Part shown: one piece after another, positions 38,232 through 47,645 of the stretch | Numbering within the stretch: position 1 is the first letter of the stretch | How the letters are laid out: each line of letters opens with the position of its first letter | Notes under the pieces: model-generated | Seen by the model: the letters and a program-made list of their open reading frames with translations, nothing else | Told to the model about the DNA's origin: nothing | Databases searched by the model: none | Made by a program: the position numbers and the translations under genes | Origin: an uncultured Dehalococcoidia bacterium | GTDB lineage: Bacteria > Chloroflexota > Dehalococcoidia > Lucifugimonadales > UBA1127 | Reading direction: 5' to 3' | NCBI GenBank assembly: GCA_964625945.1 | Contig: CAZVDP010000010.1 | Coordinates: 38,166 to 102,165 of the forward strand | Length of the DNA: 64,000 nt

Positions 38232-38540
38232 TCATTCGTCCGTAAGCAGTTCGTAAAACTCGACATAATGATATTCCACTACTTCACGAAGCTCACCACC
38301 CAAGGTTGAGATCTCTTCCGGGATTTTGTTGTCTGAACGAAAAGGTATGCGCAACGATTCTTCCGTCCAATCGATGTACACCATATCAGCAGGGCCTGGA
38401 ACCATTCCGCCGCTCAAATATACGCGGGTTGGGGACCGTTGCCCTGCCTCTTCGTAAACCTTTCCCATACGACGGACAATGGCCGCCGCTCGTCTGGCTT
38501 GTCCAGGTTTCGCCTTGAAAACTCTTCTAACAAGAAACAT
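38232..38540 (-). CDS. hypothetical protein (NIPSNAP-like dimeric alpha/beta barrel)
   Basis: VRRVFKAKPGQA...EFYE pattern; SD AGGAGG. Confidence 0.7.
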   Translation of the reverse strand: MFLVRRVFKAKPGQARRAAAIVRRMGKVYEEAGQRSPTRVYLSGGMVPGPADMVYIDWTEESLRIPFRSDNKIPEEISTLGGELREVVEYHYVEFYELLTDE

Positions 38541-38666
38541 GTGTTCCTCCTATTCATCCAATTAGTGCTCTAGTATAGTGAATGGGCATCTAAATAGGAC
38601 AATCTAGTTTCAGCCCGCCCACATCTCACCATACGCCGAATTGCTTCCATCACAAAGAGGAGAGAT

Positions 38667-39440
38667 ATGCCGAACATTGACGTGCTTTTGCATGGATACA
38701 GGTTTAATACCGATGCGGGAATCCCAGGCTTCTGTAGCGTTCTCTTGATTGAAGGGGAAAAGCGTATCCTCTTTGACGTAGGCCATGTTGGGCGCAGAGT
38801 AGTATTAGAAAACGCTCTCGCCGCTCGGAATCTTACATATTCGGACATCGACTTAGTTGTAATGAGCCATGCTCACTGGGACCATAACCAAAACTTTGAT
38901 CTCTTCGAACATGCACCTCTCTTGATGCACCCGTGGGAACGGAAGTATGCTCATCGCCCACACAAGAACGACTGGTCAACACCGAAATGGACTGGAGCGA
39001 TGCTTGAACAGCATCCACAAATCATCGAAGCTGAAGAAGGTTTCGAGATCGAGCCTGGGGTTCGCGTAATGCATACCCCCGGTCATTCGCCGGGAAGCCT
39101 ATGTCTAGACGTGGAAACTCCGGAAGGTCGATGCATCTTGACCGAAGACGTACTGTTGTTCGCGGGGCAAGCATTAACGAGGACGCATCCCGTGGTGTTC
39201 TGGAATGAGAAACAAGCAATTAAGAGTATAGATCGGGTTCTGCAAGCAGCGGATATCATCTATCCTGGGCATGACCAGCCTTTCCGAATTGTTGATGGTA
39301 ATATTGACTATGTTGAGCCCCTAGACCTAACAATTACCGGCATGTCCCAAGATGAACCCGGACTAAAATTCTCAGACGCCAAGCCAGCAATTTACATAAT
39401 GCCGGGAATAGAAGATCAGACGATCGATTTTGATTCATAG
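38667..39440 (+). CDS. MBL-fold metallo-hydrolase
   Basis: LFDVG, SHAHWDH, HTPGHSPG, YPGHD. Confidence 0.88.
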   Translation: MPNIDVLLHGYRFNTDAGIPGFCSVLLIEGEKRILFDVGHVGRRVVLENALAARNLTYSDIDLVVMSHAHWDHNQNFDLFEHAPLLMHPWERKYAHRPHKNDWSTPKWTGAMLEQHPQIIEAEEGFEIEPGVRVMHTPGHSPGSLCLDVETPEGRCILTEDVLLFAGQALTRTHPVVFWNEKQAIKSIDRVLQAADIIYPGHDQPFRIVDGNIDYVEPLDLTITGMSQDEPGLKFSDAKPAIYIMPGIEDQTIDFDS

Positions 39441-39472
39441 CGCGATTGTCGGAATCATGAACCCTGTGTCTA

Positions 39473-40417
39473 CTATAGTGTCACAAGGACTTTTCCTGCT
39501 GAATGCCCCTGTTCGGCGTAACGATGGGCTTCGGCCACTTCAGACAGCTGATACTCTCGGTCAATGCGTGTCCATAAGTGTCCATCTTCCGCTAAGCGCC
39601 CAAGAAGGTGTAAATCGGCCTGAGAGAAGTGGGTTACTAGGGTTTTCGCGCGAGTAGCATGTATCGCTCGACTGAAAACGATCGAGAACAGATCAGCGAA
39701 CCCAGGGCTGGCCGTGACATACGTACCCTTCGGCGTGAGATGTCTTTTCCAAGGCCAATAGCTTGTCTTCCCAACTGTGTCCAGGACTAGATCGAAACGC
39801 CGATCCTCTGCCATAGGAAGGTGTTCGGTATAATTGAGAATTTCGGTGCTCCCGAGGGATGCCATCCATGAGAGGTTTCTGGCGCTGCACATGGTCGTTA
39901 TCTGACATCCCAAGGCGCGTCCGATCTGCGCGGCAAACATCCCTACTCCGCCAGAAGCCCCATACACAAGCAGGCGCGTACCTTTACCAGCTTTCCCTAT
40001 TCTTAGGGCCTGCAATGCCGTCAGACCCGCTAATGGCATTCCGGCTGCTTCCCGCATGTCGAAGTTGGAGGGGGATTTAATAACCGCACTGTTTTGATCG
40101 ACAGCGATGTATTCACAGTTGGTACCTCTCGGATTCGCTCCACATACAGCATCCCCAACTTGGAAACCATGAACATCACGCCCAATGTGGGTCACCACCC
40201 CCGCGAAGTCCATTCCTGGTATCCGCTTACGTGGCTTCCGGAGTCCAAAAACTGCCCGCAGGGGCCATTGGCCCTGACGCAACTTCCAATCTATTGGGTT
40301 TATAGATGTAGCTTTGACATTAACGAGAATTTCTGATGGACGAGGGGCTGGTTTTCTAATGGTAACCAGTTGCAATACGTCTGCTTCTCCGTAGCGAGGG
40401 GTGATAATTGCAAGCAT
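39473..40417 (-). CDS. NAD(P)-dependent MDR-family oxidoreductase (quinone-reductase-like)
   Basis: SINPIDWK, PGMDFAG, YGASGGVG, GKVLV. Confidence 0.88.
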   Translation of the reverse strand: MLAIITPRYGEADVLQLVTIRKPAPRPSEILVNVKATSINPIDWKLRQGQWPLRAVFGLRKPRKRIPGMDFAGVVTHIGRDVHGFQVGDAVCGANPRGTNCEYIAVDQNSAVIKSPSNFDMREAAGMPLAGLTALQALRIGKAGKGTRLLVYGASGGVGMFAAQIGRALGCQITTMCSARNLSWMASLGSTEILNYTEHLPMAEDRRFDLVLDTVGKTSYWPWKRHLTPKGTYVTASPGFADLFSIVFSRAIHATRAKTLVTHFSQADLHLLGRLAEDGHLWTRIDREYQLSEVAEAHRYAEQGHSAGKVLVTL

Positions 40418-40481
40418 CCGAAACTCCAAATCAGTCGGGTTCTTGGCATTTAATTGAGGAGGATGCCATCGAGTCAAGGGT

Positions 40482-40569
40482 TGGCGGAGGGAGTGGGATT
40501 CGAACCCACGAACCCTTGCAGGTTACCGGTTTTCAAGACCGGCGCCATCGTCCACTCGGCCATCCCTCC
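40482..40569 (-). tRNA. tRNA-Ser (anticodon TGA)
   Basis: reverse complement GGAGGGA...TCCCTCCGCCA; CCGGT-CTTGAAA-ACCGG anticodon arm; long variable arm. Confidence 0.97.
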
Positions 40570-40691
40570 TAATCAGGAGGATACGAGATTGAATCCCTAT
40601 TGTGCAAGTTATATCTAGTGCAAAATCATGCTCAGCCGTCTACTATGGTTCCCAACATGCAGACCCACCCGTTTCAAAAGGGGGCCACTAA

Positions 40692-41210
40692 GTGGACGGA
40701 TTAGAAGTGATCGAAGATGCCTTCAGTAGAATACACAGCACTTTGCTCAGCACCTTGCGAGGTCTAACATCGGACGATCTGTATTACTCTCCACGTATTG
40801 AATGCAACACAATCGCCTGGCTGGCTTGGCATCTCACTCGCGTCCAAGATCGGCATATAGCCGATCTTGCTGGACAAGAACAAGAATGGATTCTCGGAAA
40901 ATGGTTTGAGGAATTTGGCCAATCGCCTAACCCACGCAATGTTGGATTTGCCCATACACCAGAGCAAGTCCAGAGCTTCAGGCTCCCCAACCTCGACCTG
41001 ATGCTGGCCTACCACGATGCAGTCTATTCCCAGTCAACTTCGTATCTGAAAACGATTACGCCAACCGATCTGGATCGCGTTCTCGACGAACCGCAGTATG
41101 ATCCTCTACCCACCGTTGGCGTCCGCCTCGTCAGCGTGATCGATGACAATGCGCAACATGTTGGACAAATTGCCTACCTCCGTGGCCTTATACAAGGTCG
41201 AACCTGGTAA
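40692..41210 (+). CDS. DinB family / mycothiol-transferase-like protein
   Basis: NTIAWLAWHLTRVQD, TVGVRLVSVIDDNAQHVGQIAYLRG. Confidence 0.85.
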   Translation: MDGLEVIEDAFSRIHSTLLSTLRGLTSDDLYYSPRIECNTIAWLAWHLTRVQDRHIADLAGQEQEWILGKWFEEFGQSPNPRNVGFAHTPEQVQSFRLPNLDLMLAYHDAVYSQSTSYLKTITPTDLDRVLDEPQYDPLPTVGVRLVSVIDDNAQHVGQIAYLRGLIQGRTW

Positions 41211-41259
41211 ACAAAGTGCGAAGAGCGTTGTTCTTCTATTCCACCACCTCTAACGCTTG

Positions 41260-41288
41260 TTGACACCATATCCTCCCTCCCGTACACT
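41260..41288 (+). promoter_or_regulatory. sigma70 promoter for the tandem RraA-family genes
   Basis: TTGACA-N17-TACACT. Confidence 0.65.
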
Positions 41289-41346
41289 AGCGCCACCCCA
41301 AGACTGGTCTGGCCATTCGGCACACTTCGTACTAGGAGCATTGCGC

Positions 41347-42102
41347 ATGTCGACATTAATCCCTCCCAAGAAGCAAATTTCGGACGAACTAATCCAATTC
41401 GCGAAGAAGGCAAGCACTGCGACTATCTCTGGCGCACTATCGAAACGCGGATTCCGTTTCCTCTATATGGCCGGTGTACTTCCAATCCGAGCTGGAACAG
41501 TCATGGCCGGACGAGCTTATACGCTTCGATACCTTCCCCGCCGAGAGGACCACAACTCTGAGAATGACAGAGCAGCGTATGCCGAACACGTGGCCATAGA
41601 ATCTGTTGGCCCGGGTGAGGTCTTAGTGATTGATGCTAGAGGAAACACTGGCGCAGGAGTCTTTGGTGACCGTCTTGTCGCGCGGATGGTTTTTCGTGGT
41701 GCCGAAGGGATGGTCACAGACGGAGCCATGCGAGATATCCCATACCTCCGGGGACAAGAATTCCCCGTATTTATCAAAGCCCCACATGGATATGGGCACA
41801 CCGTGGAACATTGGGCGATGGACCATCAATTACCAATCTCTTGCGGAAACGTCCTCATTTATCCCGGTGACTTGATCGTTGGGGATGACGATGGGGTTGT
41901 TGTCTGTCCTCAGGCAATTGCCGAAGAAGTAATCATCGAATCAGTTGCCCAAGAAGAGGAAGAAGAATTCACAAGAGAACTGATAGAAGAAGGGGCTAAC
42001 ATTGTCGATGTCCACGGCAAACTGCTTGGTGAAACTTTGGAGCGATATACCAAATGGAGAGAAGCTAAAGGCTTGCCACCTGCCATCGACAAACCCTATT
42101 AG
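41347..42102 (+). CDS. RraA / HMG-CHA aldolase family protein (copy 1)
   Basis: STATIS, GRAYTLRYLP, VTDGAMRD, PGDLIVGDDDGVV; SD AGGAG. Confidence 0.88.
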   Translation: MSTLIPPKKQISDELIQFAKKASTATISGALSKRGFRFLYMAGVLPIRAGTVMAGRAYTLRYLPRREDHNSENDRAAYAEHVAIESVGPGEVLVIDARGNTGAGVFGDRLVARMVFRGAEGMVTDGAMRDIPYLRGQEFPVFIKAPHGYGHTVEHWAMDHQLPISCGNVLIYPGDLIVGDDDGVVVCPQAIAEEVIIESVAQEEEEEFTRELIEEGANIVDVHGKLLGETLERYTKWREAKGLPPAIDKPY

Positions 42103-42168
42103 GATTCTGCAGCAAAGCCTCAACCAGCTATGACAACGCACGCCTATTAAAAGGGGGAGGAACCAAAT

Positions 42169-42918
42169 ATGGACTCATTAACGCCGCCAAAAGCTACAGT
42201 AGCGCAGTCCTTGATTGAGCGTGCCAAAAAGGCAAGTACCGCCACAATTTCCGCCGCCCTAGCTAAACGTGGCTTCAGGTTCGTTTACATGGGTGGCGTA
42301 CTTCCGATCAAAGCCGGAACAGTAATGGCTGGAAGAGCATATACACTCCGGTACCTCCCACGGAGAGAAGATCACGACCGAGAGATTGACCGAGCGGGTT
42401 ACGCAGAGCATGTTGCTATAGAATCAGTCGGTCCAGGAGACGTATTGGTCATCGACGCCCGCGGAAACACCGGGGCGGGGGTGTTCGGCGACCGTCTCGT
42501 TGCGCGGATGGTCTATCGTGGCGCCGAAGGAATGGTCACGGATGGTGCCATGCGTGACATACCTTACCTGCGTGGAGAAGACTTTCCAGTCTTTATTCGA
42601 GCACCACACGGCTACGGTCATACAGCTGAACATTGGGCGATGGATGTTCAGCTCCCAATATCTTGCGGTAACGTTTTGATCTACCCAGGAGACCTAATCA
42701 TTGGGGATGACGATGGGGTGGTAGTCTGCCCTCAAGCTCTCGCCGAAGAAGTGATTGAGGAATCCGTGACCCAAGAAGAAGAAGAAGAGTTTACCCGCGA
42801 ACTAATTGAAGAAGGTGCAAATATCGTCGATGTTCACGGTAAGTTGCTCGGGGAGACCCTTGATCGATACAATCGTTGGCGTGCAGCTAAAGGGCTTCCA
42901 CCAGCCGCTTCGAAATAG
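42169..42918 (+). CDS. RraA / HMG-CHA aldolase family protein (copy 2)
   Basis: same motifs; close paralog of the upstream gene; SD GGAGG. Confidence 0.88.
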   Translation: MDSLTPPKATVAQSLIERAKKASTATISAALAKRGFRFVYMGGVLPIKAGTVMAGRAYTLRYLPRREDHDREIDRAGYAEHVAIESVGPGDVLVIDARGNTGAGVFGDRLVARMVYRGAEGMVTDGAMRDIPYLRGEDFPVFIRAPHGYGHTAEHWAMDVQLPISCGNVLIYPGDLIIGDDDGVVVCPQALAEEVIEESVTQEEEEEFTRELIEEGANIVDVHGKLLGETLDRYNRWRAAKGLPPAASK

Positions 42919-42989
42919 CTGCGTCTCATCCTGGAAGACTCACTTCCTGATGCCCGAGACAAGCTATGAGGCTATTTTCGTTAATCGAC

Positions 42990-43190
42990 CTAGGCTCGGT
43001 CCGACTTTTCCGGCTCTCTCGTAGGCTGGATAGAATGCGGCTCTATATTTTCTAGTTCAGCGTTTGGAAACTGGGCTAATCTATCAGCTAAGGCATTGTA
43101 AATATCAGCGGTCGTGTCCACTTGTTCTGGTGTCGGCTTCAGCCCTGCACGTTCTAATAGTGTTCGCACCAACTCAGACGACATACTCAT
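42990..43190 (-). CDS. small amidase partner protein (GatC/AtzG-like)
   Basis: 66-aa ORF with SD AGGAG, LLERAGL.PT.EQ...EP pattern, directly after an amidase. Confidence 0.6.
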   Translation of the reverse strand: MSMSSELVRTLLERAGLKPTPEQVDTTADIYNALADRLAQFPNAELENIEPHSIQPTREPEKSDRA

Positions 43191-43231
43191 ACGATTCTCC
43201 TATTAATCCCATCTCTGCCAGATTACTCTAT

Positions 43232-44662
43232 CTACACTACAAGGTTCGGATGCATGTTGTGCCATTCCGTGGCTTGCTCGTAGGCATGTGCAACTTTCAG
43301 CACTAACGCATCTTCAAATACTCGGCCTGAAATCTGCAATCCCACCGGAAGTCCTTCCGGAGAGAAACCGCACGGAACACTCACCGCTGGCTGCCCTGTT
43401 AAGTTTGTCGGTCGAGTTTGACTCAGGTCTGCAGCTCCTCGAGCAGCCTTTGATGGTCCAGCGGGTTTTGCTTCTTCAGCCCCCTTAATGGACGCCTGTT
43501 GTATCGGTCCTGGAGGGGTATTTTGGACAGGACTAACAAGGACATCCACCGACTGGAGTGCCGTTGTAAATTCAGCTTGGATTAAGCGGCGAAGTTGCTG
43601 AGCTTTGTGATACATGGTCGCGGGAGAAACTAACCCAAGCCTGACTTTTTGTTGAACCATCGGCGTGTAATCATCCAGTTGTTCTAGCCATGGAGCATGC
43701 ACTTGAGCCATTTCGCTCCAGGTGATTATATTACCGGTAGCACCAGTGTATTCACCTGTGATCGGCAGTGAAACTTCAGTGATCTCCGCACCTAGCTCCT
43801 GTAATACGATAATCGCTCGCTGTATTAGGTCGCGCACTACAGGTGAAGCAGTTTCGTTAAGCTCCCGAGGGACACCCACACGCAGTCCACGGATATTCCC
43901 ATCTAAGGCCGCTTGATAATCTGGAATTGGTACTCGAGCTGATGAAGGATCCTGCGCGTCATAACCCGCGACGGCACCGAGCATGATTGCACAATCTTCC
44001 ACCGTACGTGTCATGGGGCCTGCGTGATCGATTGACCAGCTTAGAGGGAAAACACCGAATCGACTGACGAGACCGTATGTTGGTTTCAGGCCAACAATAC
44101 TATTGTGAGACGCCGGGCCACGAATCGACCCTCCGGTACAGGAACCCATAGATCCAAACACCATTCCCGCAGCTACAGAGGCACCCGAGCCACTCGAGGA
44201 GCCACCAGGTGTATGATCCAGGTTCCATGGATTTCGGACTTCCCCATAAAGCTTATTGTGATTGCCGCTCGCAAATTCAAGACAGTGATTCTTGCCGATA
44301 AGGATTCCGCCTGCAGCGTTCAAACGAACAACAGCAGTCGAATCGTATTTCGCCACGTTGTCCTGGAACACACTGGATCCAATGGTGGTACGTATTCCTT
44401 TAGTATTATAGATATCTTTCACTGCATACGGGATGCCATGGAATGGTCCCTGCGCGTTGCCGCTCGCAATCTCCGCTTCGGCTCTCTTGGCACGATCAAG
44501 AGCCTCTTTAGTCAGAACTGTGAGAAATGAATTGATTTGGCTATCGTAGCGGCCAATGTGATCGAGGCATGCTTGGGTCAATTCAGTCGGGGATATTTGG
44601 CCAGCACGCATAGCAGCCCCAGTTTCAGCAATCGTCATAGACATCAAATCAGAGATCGACAT
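43232..44662 (-). CDS. amidase signature family protein
   Basis: GIPYAVKD, TPGGSSSGSG, GSCTGGSIRGPA; SD GGAGG before MSISDL. Confidence 0.92.
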   Translation of the reverse strand: MSISDLMSMTIAETGAAMRAGQISPTELTQACLDHIGRYDSQINSFLTVLTKEALDRAKRAEAEIASGNAQGPFHGIPYAVKDIYNTKGIRTTIGSSVFQDNVAKYDSTAVVRLNAAGGILIGKNHCLEFASGNHNKLYGEVRNPWNLDHTPGGSSSGSGASVAAGMVFGSMGSCTGGSIRGPASHNSIVGLKPTYGLVSRFGVFPLSWSIDHAGPMTRTVEDCAIMLGAVAGYDAQDPSSARVPIPDYQAALDGNIRGLRVGVPRELNETASPVVRDLIQRAIIVLQELGAEITEVSLPITGEYTGATGNIITWSEMAQVHAPWLEQLDDYTPMVQQKVRLGLVSPATMYHKAQQLRRLIQAEFTTALQSVDVLVSPVQNTPPGPIQQASIKGAEEAKPAGPSKAARGAADLSQTRPTNLTGQPAVSVPCGFSPEGLPVGLQISGRVFEDALVLKVAHAYEQATEWHNMHPNLVV

Positions 44663-44780
44663 CGAACACCTCCCAGGTTTAAGTTCTCCAGCGAGAATCC
44701 ACTCTTGCCCACCGTTGTGTGCGCTTGATGGGCGGAATTGTACCATGCTTTGTACTAAGGAGATACCGGAAGCATCGTTT

Positions 44781-44855
44781 TGGAGCCACCGCTCGGACTC
44801 GAACCGAGGACCTGCGCTTTACGAAAGCGCTGCTCTACCACTGAGCTACGGTGGC
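44781..44855 (-). tRNA. tRNA-Thr (anticodon CGT)
   Basis: reverse complement GCCACCG...CGGTGGCTCCA; GCGCT-TTCGTAA-AGCGC anticodon arm. Confidence 0.97.
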
Positions 44856-44994
44856 GCACATGGCACCTTATTATAGCTGAAAATTCCATATTATCGCGAA
44901 TGGTATCCTTTCCTCCAGCACCCAACCGTACGGGAACATTATCCCAATCTGATGGGTATAATCAGCCAATGCCCTCTGTGAGGATCAATGCTGT

Positions 44995-46083
44995 ATGCAA
45001 AGTAGACCGGTAAATAAGGATTGGCGCTACATACTTCATGCTGACATGGACGCCTTTTATGCGTCAGTCGAGCAACACGACCATCCTCATTTACGAGGCA
45101 AACCGGTTGTCGTAGGTGGATCTCCTGAAGCTAGAGGTGTAGTAGCGGCAGCTTCATATGAAGCTCGTAAACTTGGCATCCACTCAGCTATGCCCATGCG
45201 AACTGCTGTGCGGATTTCGAAAGATGTCGTCCGAGTAAGTCCTCGGTTCGATAGATATCGCGAAATATCAAGACACGTGATAGGTGTGCTTGGTGACATC
45301 AGTACGATAATCCAGCCCCTCGCCCTTGACGAGGCTTATCTTGATGTGAGCCACCATGGAGACTTCCGGTATTGCCAAACACTGGCACGTCGACTGAAGC
45401 ATAACATTCATACCTTAACTGGTCTTCACGTAACGATAGGCGGTGGCACCACGAAGACTGTCGCAAAAATCGCATCTCAATCTGGTAAACCGAACGGACT
45501 ACTGCTTATACCGCCTGGTAAAGAACAAGACTTTCTCTTCGCGCTCAAGGTTGAAGCTTTAGGTGGTGTGGGGCCTGTGACAAAAGTTGCGCTGAACCAA
45601 GCGAATATATACTCCATAGGCGATCTGGCTCTGGCTGTGCCCGAAACCCTTGCCAATTTGCTCGGCCGTAGATGGCATGACTTGCAACTACGAGCGCTCG
45701 GGATGGATAACGACCCGGTAGAGACGAGTACGAGCCCTCGATCCGTAAGCGTCGAAACCACCCTCCCTGTGGATGTGAGCATCCCAGCACTACTGGAGCA
45801 AGAACTTGTCCACTTAAGTAAGAACGTTGCAAGACGTCTCACCGCGGCTCGGTTACGAGGAAGAACAATCACTCTAAAATTGCGACTGGCTGATTTTCGC
45901 ACTATCACAAGACAGACCAGCCTTGCTTCCCCCACAAACTCTGCTCCAGAGATCAATCAAAGCGTCGAGCAACTTTTAAAGCGAGTCCTCGAAGCAGGCA
46001 TGCAAGTTCGTCTCTTAGGTGTCACCGTGAGCAAGTTCGGAGAGTCGTATCAGCCGCGTCTTTTCGACGACAATGCCGCTTAA
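44995..46083 (+). CDS. dinB: DNA polymerase IV
   Basis: ILHADMDAFYASVE, ASYEAR, LDEAYLD, KPNG, C-terminal clamp motif QPRLF. Confidence 0.93.
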   Translation: MQSRPVNKDWRYILHADMDAFYASVEQHDHPHLRGKPVVVGGSPEARGVVAAASYEARKLGIHSAMPMRTAVRISKDVVRVSPRFDRYREISRHVIGVLGDISTIIQPLALDEAYLDVSHHGDFRYCQTLARRLKHNIHTLTGLHVTIGGGTTKTVAKIASQSGKPNGLLLIPPGKEQDFLFALKVEALGGVGPVTKVALNQANIYSIGDLALAVPETLANLLGRRWHDLQLRALGMDNDPVETSTSPRSVSVETTLPVDVSIPALLEQELVHLSKNVARRLTAARLRGRTITLKLRLADFRTITRQTSLASPTNSAPEINQSVEQLLKRVLEAGMQVRLLGVTVSKFGESYQPRLFDDNAA

Positions 46084-46091
46084 CTCCAAAC

Positions 46092-47600
46092 TTAGTCTAT
46101 GCGGTATACCTCAGTCGCAGGATGGAACTGGTACCATGCGAACCAATAGGATAGCTTTGTATCAATACGAGACAACGGAGTAGCATCACCTCCAGAAGGC
46201 AAGAGGCGATCCTCTTGAACACTCCACACATTACCTTCATCGTCTTTCAGGGACAAAACAGACCCATTGGTAACTTTGCTCTCGAACAGGTTGTCTCCTG
46301 CGTGATACGCCCGGGCCCCCAACCCTCCACCTGCCGACAGCAGCACGACATTCTCATCTCGGAATGCATCGTTCAGAACTCCTTGTTCCTGGATTATTTC
46401 CAGAGGGTACGCCTTTGTAGCGGCGTAAATCTGAATCCCTATCACTTGAGTCTTCTGGGGAAGTTGGTCGCTCCGGTTCCAGACAGGAAACATCACACGA
46501 GGGCTAGCGCGATAACGATAGTAGGCAGAATCAGGGTCTTCTTCTGGCCGATACATCCAACTTGGATATACACCGGTATCTATATCCAACACGGTTGTAT
46601 CAGGATGGAGTGCGAGCCAGTCACCCCAAGTCGTTACGGTTACTGGGAGGGTAGATAGTTTGAGATCCGTATCGGCAAAGGAGCCCACGATAGGCTCACC
46701 CGAGAATTGTTGCCACATGGTTTTCGTTTGCCGATCGTACATCATTTTATTCGCCCTATGCATAAACCACGGCGTTGCAAAATCTAGAACCGTGCCATCG
46801 ACGTTGCGGACATACACGATGCCCGAGCCACAAACAGTTCAGTAGGACAGTACGATCGGTACACCGCCTAGGACGTCATTGGCCATTTCATGAAGATTCA
46901 ATATTCGATGTGGATAGGCTCTGGGTTGGTTGTCGACAACCAATCCGAACACACGATCGGTTGTATGCAGATAGGTGGCTAGATCACCACGGATCACCGG
47001 TGCATCATTCAACGGGTGAATCGAATCCTCGTCGACCCCTCCCCAAATCACCTCTTCCAAACGCACCCGTGTCTTAATTCCTTGATAAAAGAATGAACCA
47101 ACTTCTTCATTAAAGAGACGAGCGTACAGATCACTCTTAAATTTGGCATAGCCAGAGGGGGCATTTACCTCGGGATGTTGACCGATCCATTCGATCCACC
47201 ATCCCCAATGCCGGTCTTCTCCAACAGACTGTGGCCCTGAGTACTTCTCTAGTAGCGACTCAAGCCCATTCCGTATCACATCTCCGACGTCGACATCTAA
47301 TCGGAACGCAAAGCGCATGAACTCCACTAAGATCGGGATGTAGCTAGGATCCCCGGACTGTACCATCTCCTGTAGAGCTGAAACGTCTCCGCGTGCTGTC
47401 TGGCTAACCACAACACGCAGCAAGGGATCCTGTTCTTGGTCGCCGATTGATGCGGCATGCTGTGTGCGGCTCGCTATTGGCGTAGAATCATCCGTTTCAG
47501 AGGATTCGCCCTCTGAGGCGCCGCGAGTAGGACCGATGCACGACAGGGCAACAACCAATGCCCCACAGATGAGGAGTCCTCCCTTAGACTTGTGTGCCAC
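46092..47600 (-). CDS. DUF3179 domain selenoprotein (in-frame TGA at 46839-46841 read as Sec)
   Basis: ORFs 46839..47600 and 46092..46817 share one frame; junction reads HEMANDVLGGVPIVLSY-U-TVCGSGIVY, matching the family YCxxCGSG motif; later MYDRQTKTMWQQ and YWFAW. Confidence 0.8.
46803..46835 (-). promoter_or_regulatory. putative bacterial SECIS element
   Basis: GGGCAU-CGUGU-AUGUCC hairpin, apical loop 20 nt after the UGA. Confidence 0.5.
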
Positions 47601-47645
47601 AACATCCCGCCTCTCATTAACTTTAAGGGCCGGTGAATGTGGAAC

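Noticed and set aside
40482-40569. Long-arm tRNA as tRNA-Sec
   Set aside because: The anticodon is TGA (Ser), not TCA, and the acceptor stem is the normal 7 bp
40482-44855. tRNA-bounded block as an integrated element
   Set aside because: No integrase and no duplicated tRNA 3' end noticed
46092-47600. DUF3179 as a pseudogene or two separate genes
   Set aside because: A single TGA at a conserved Cys position with both halves intact favours Sec, though this is unproven without the sel genes
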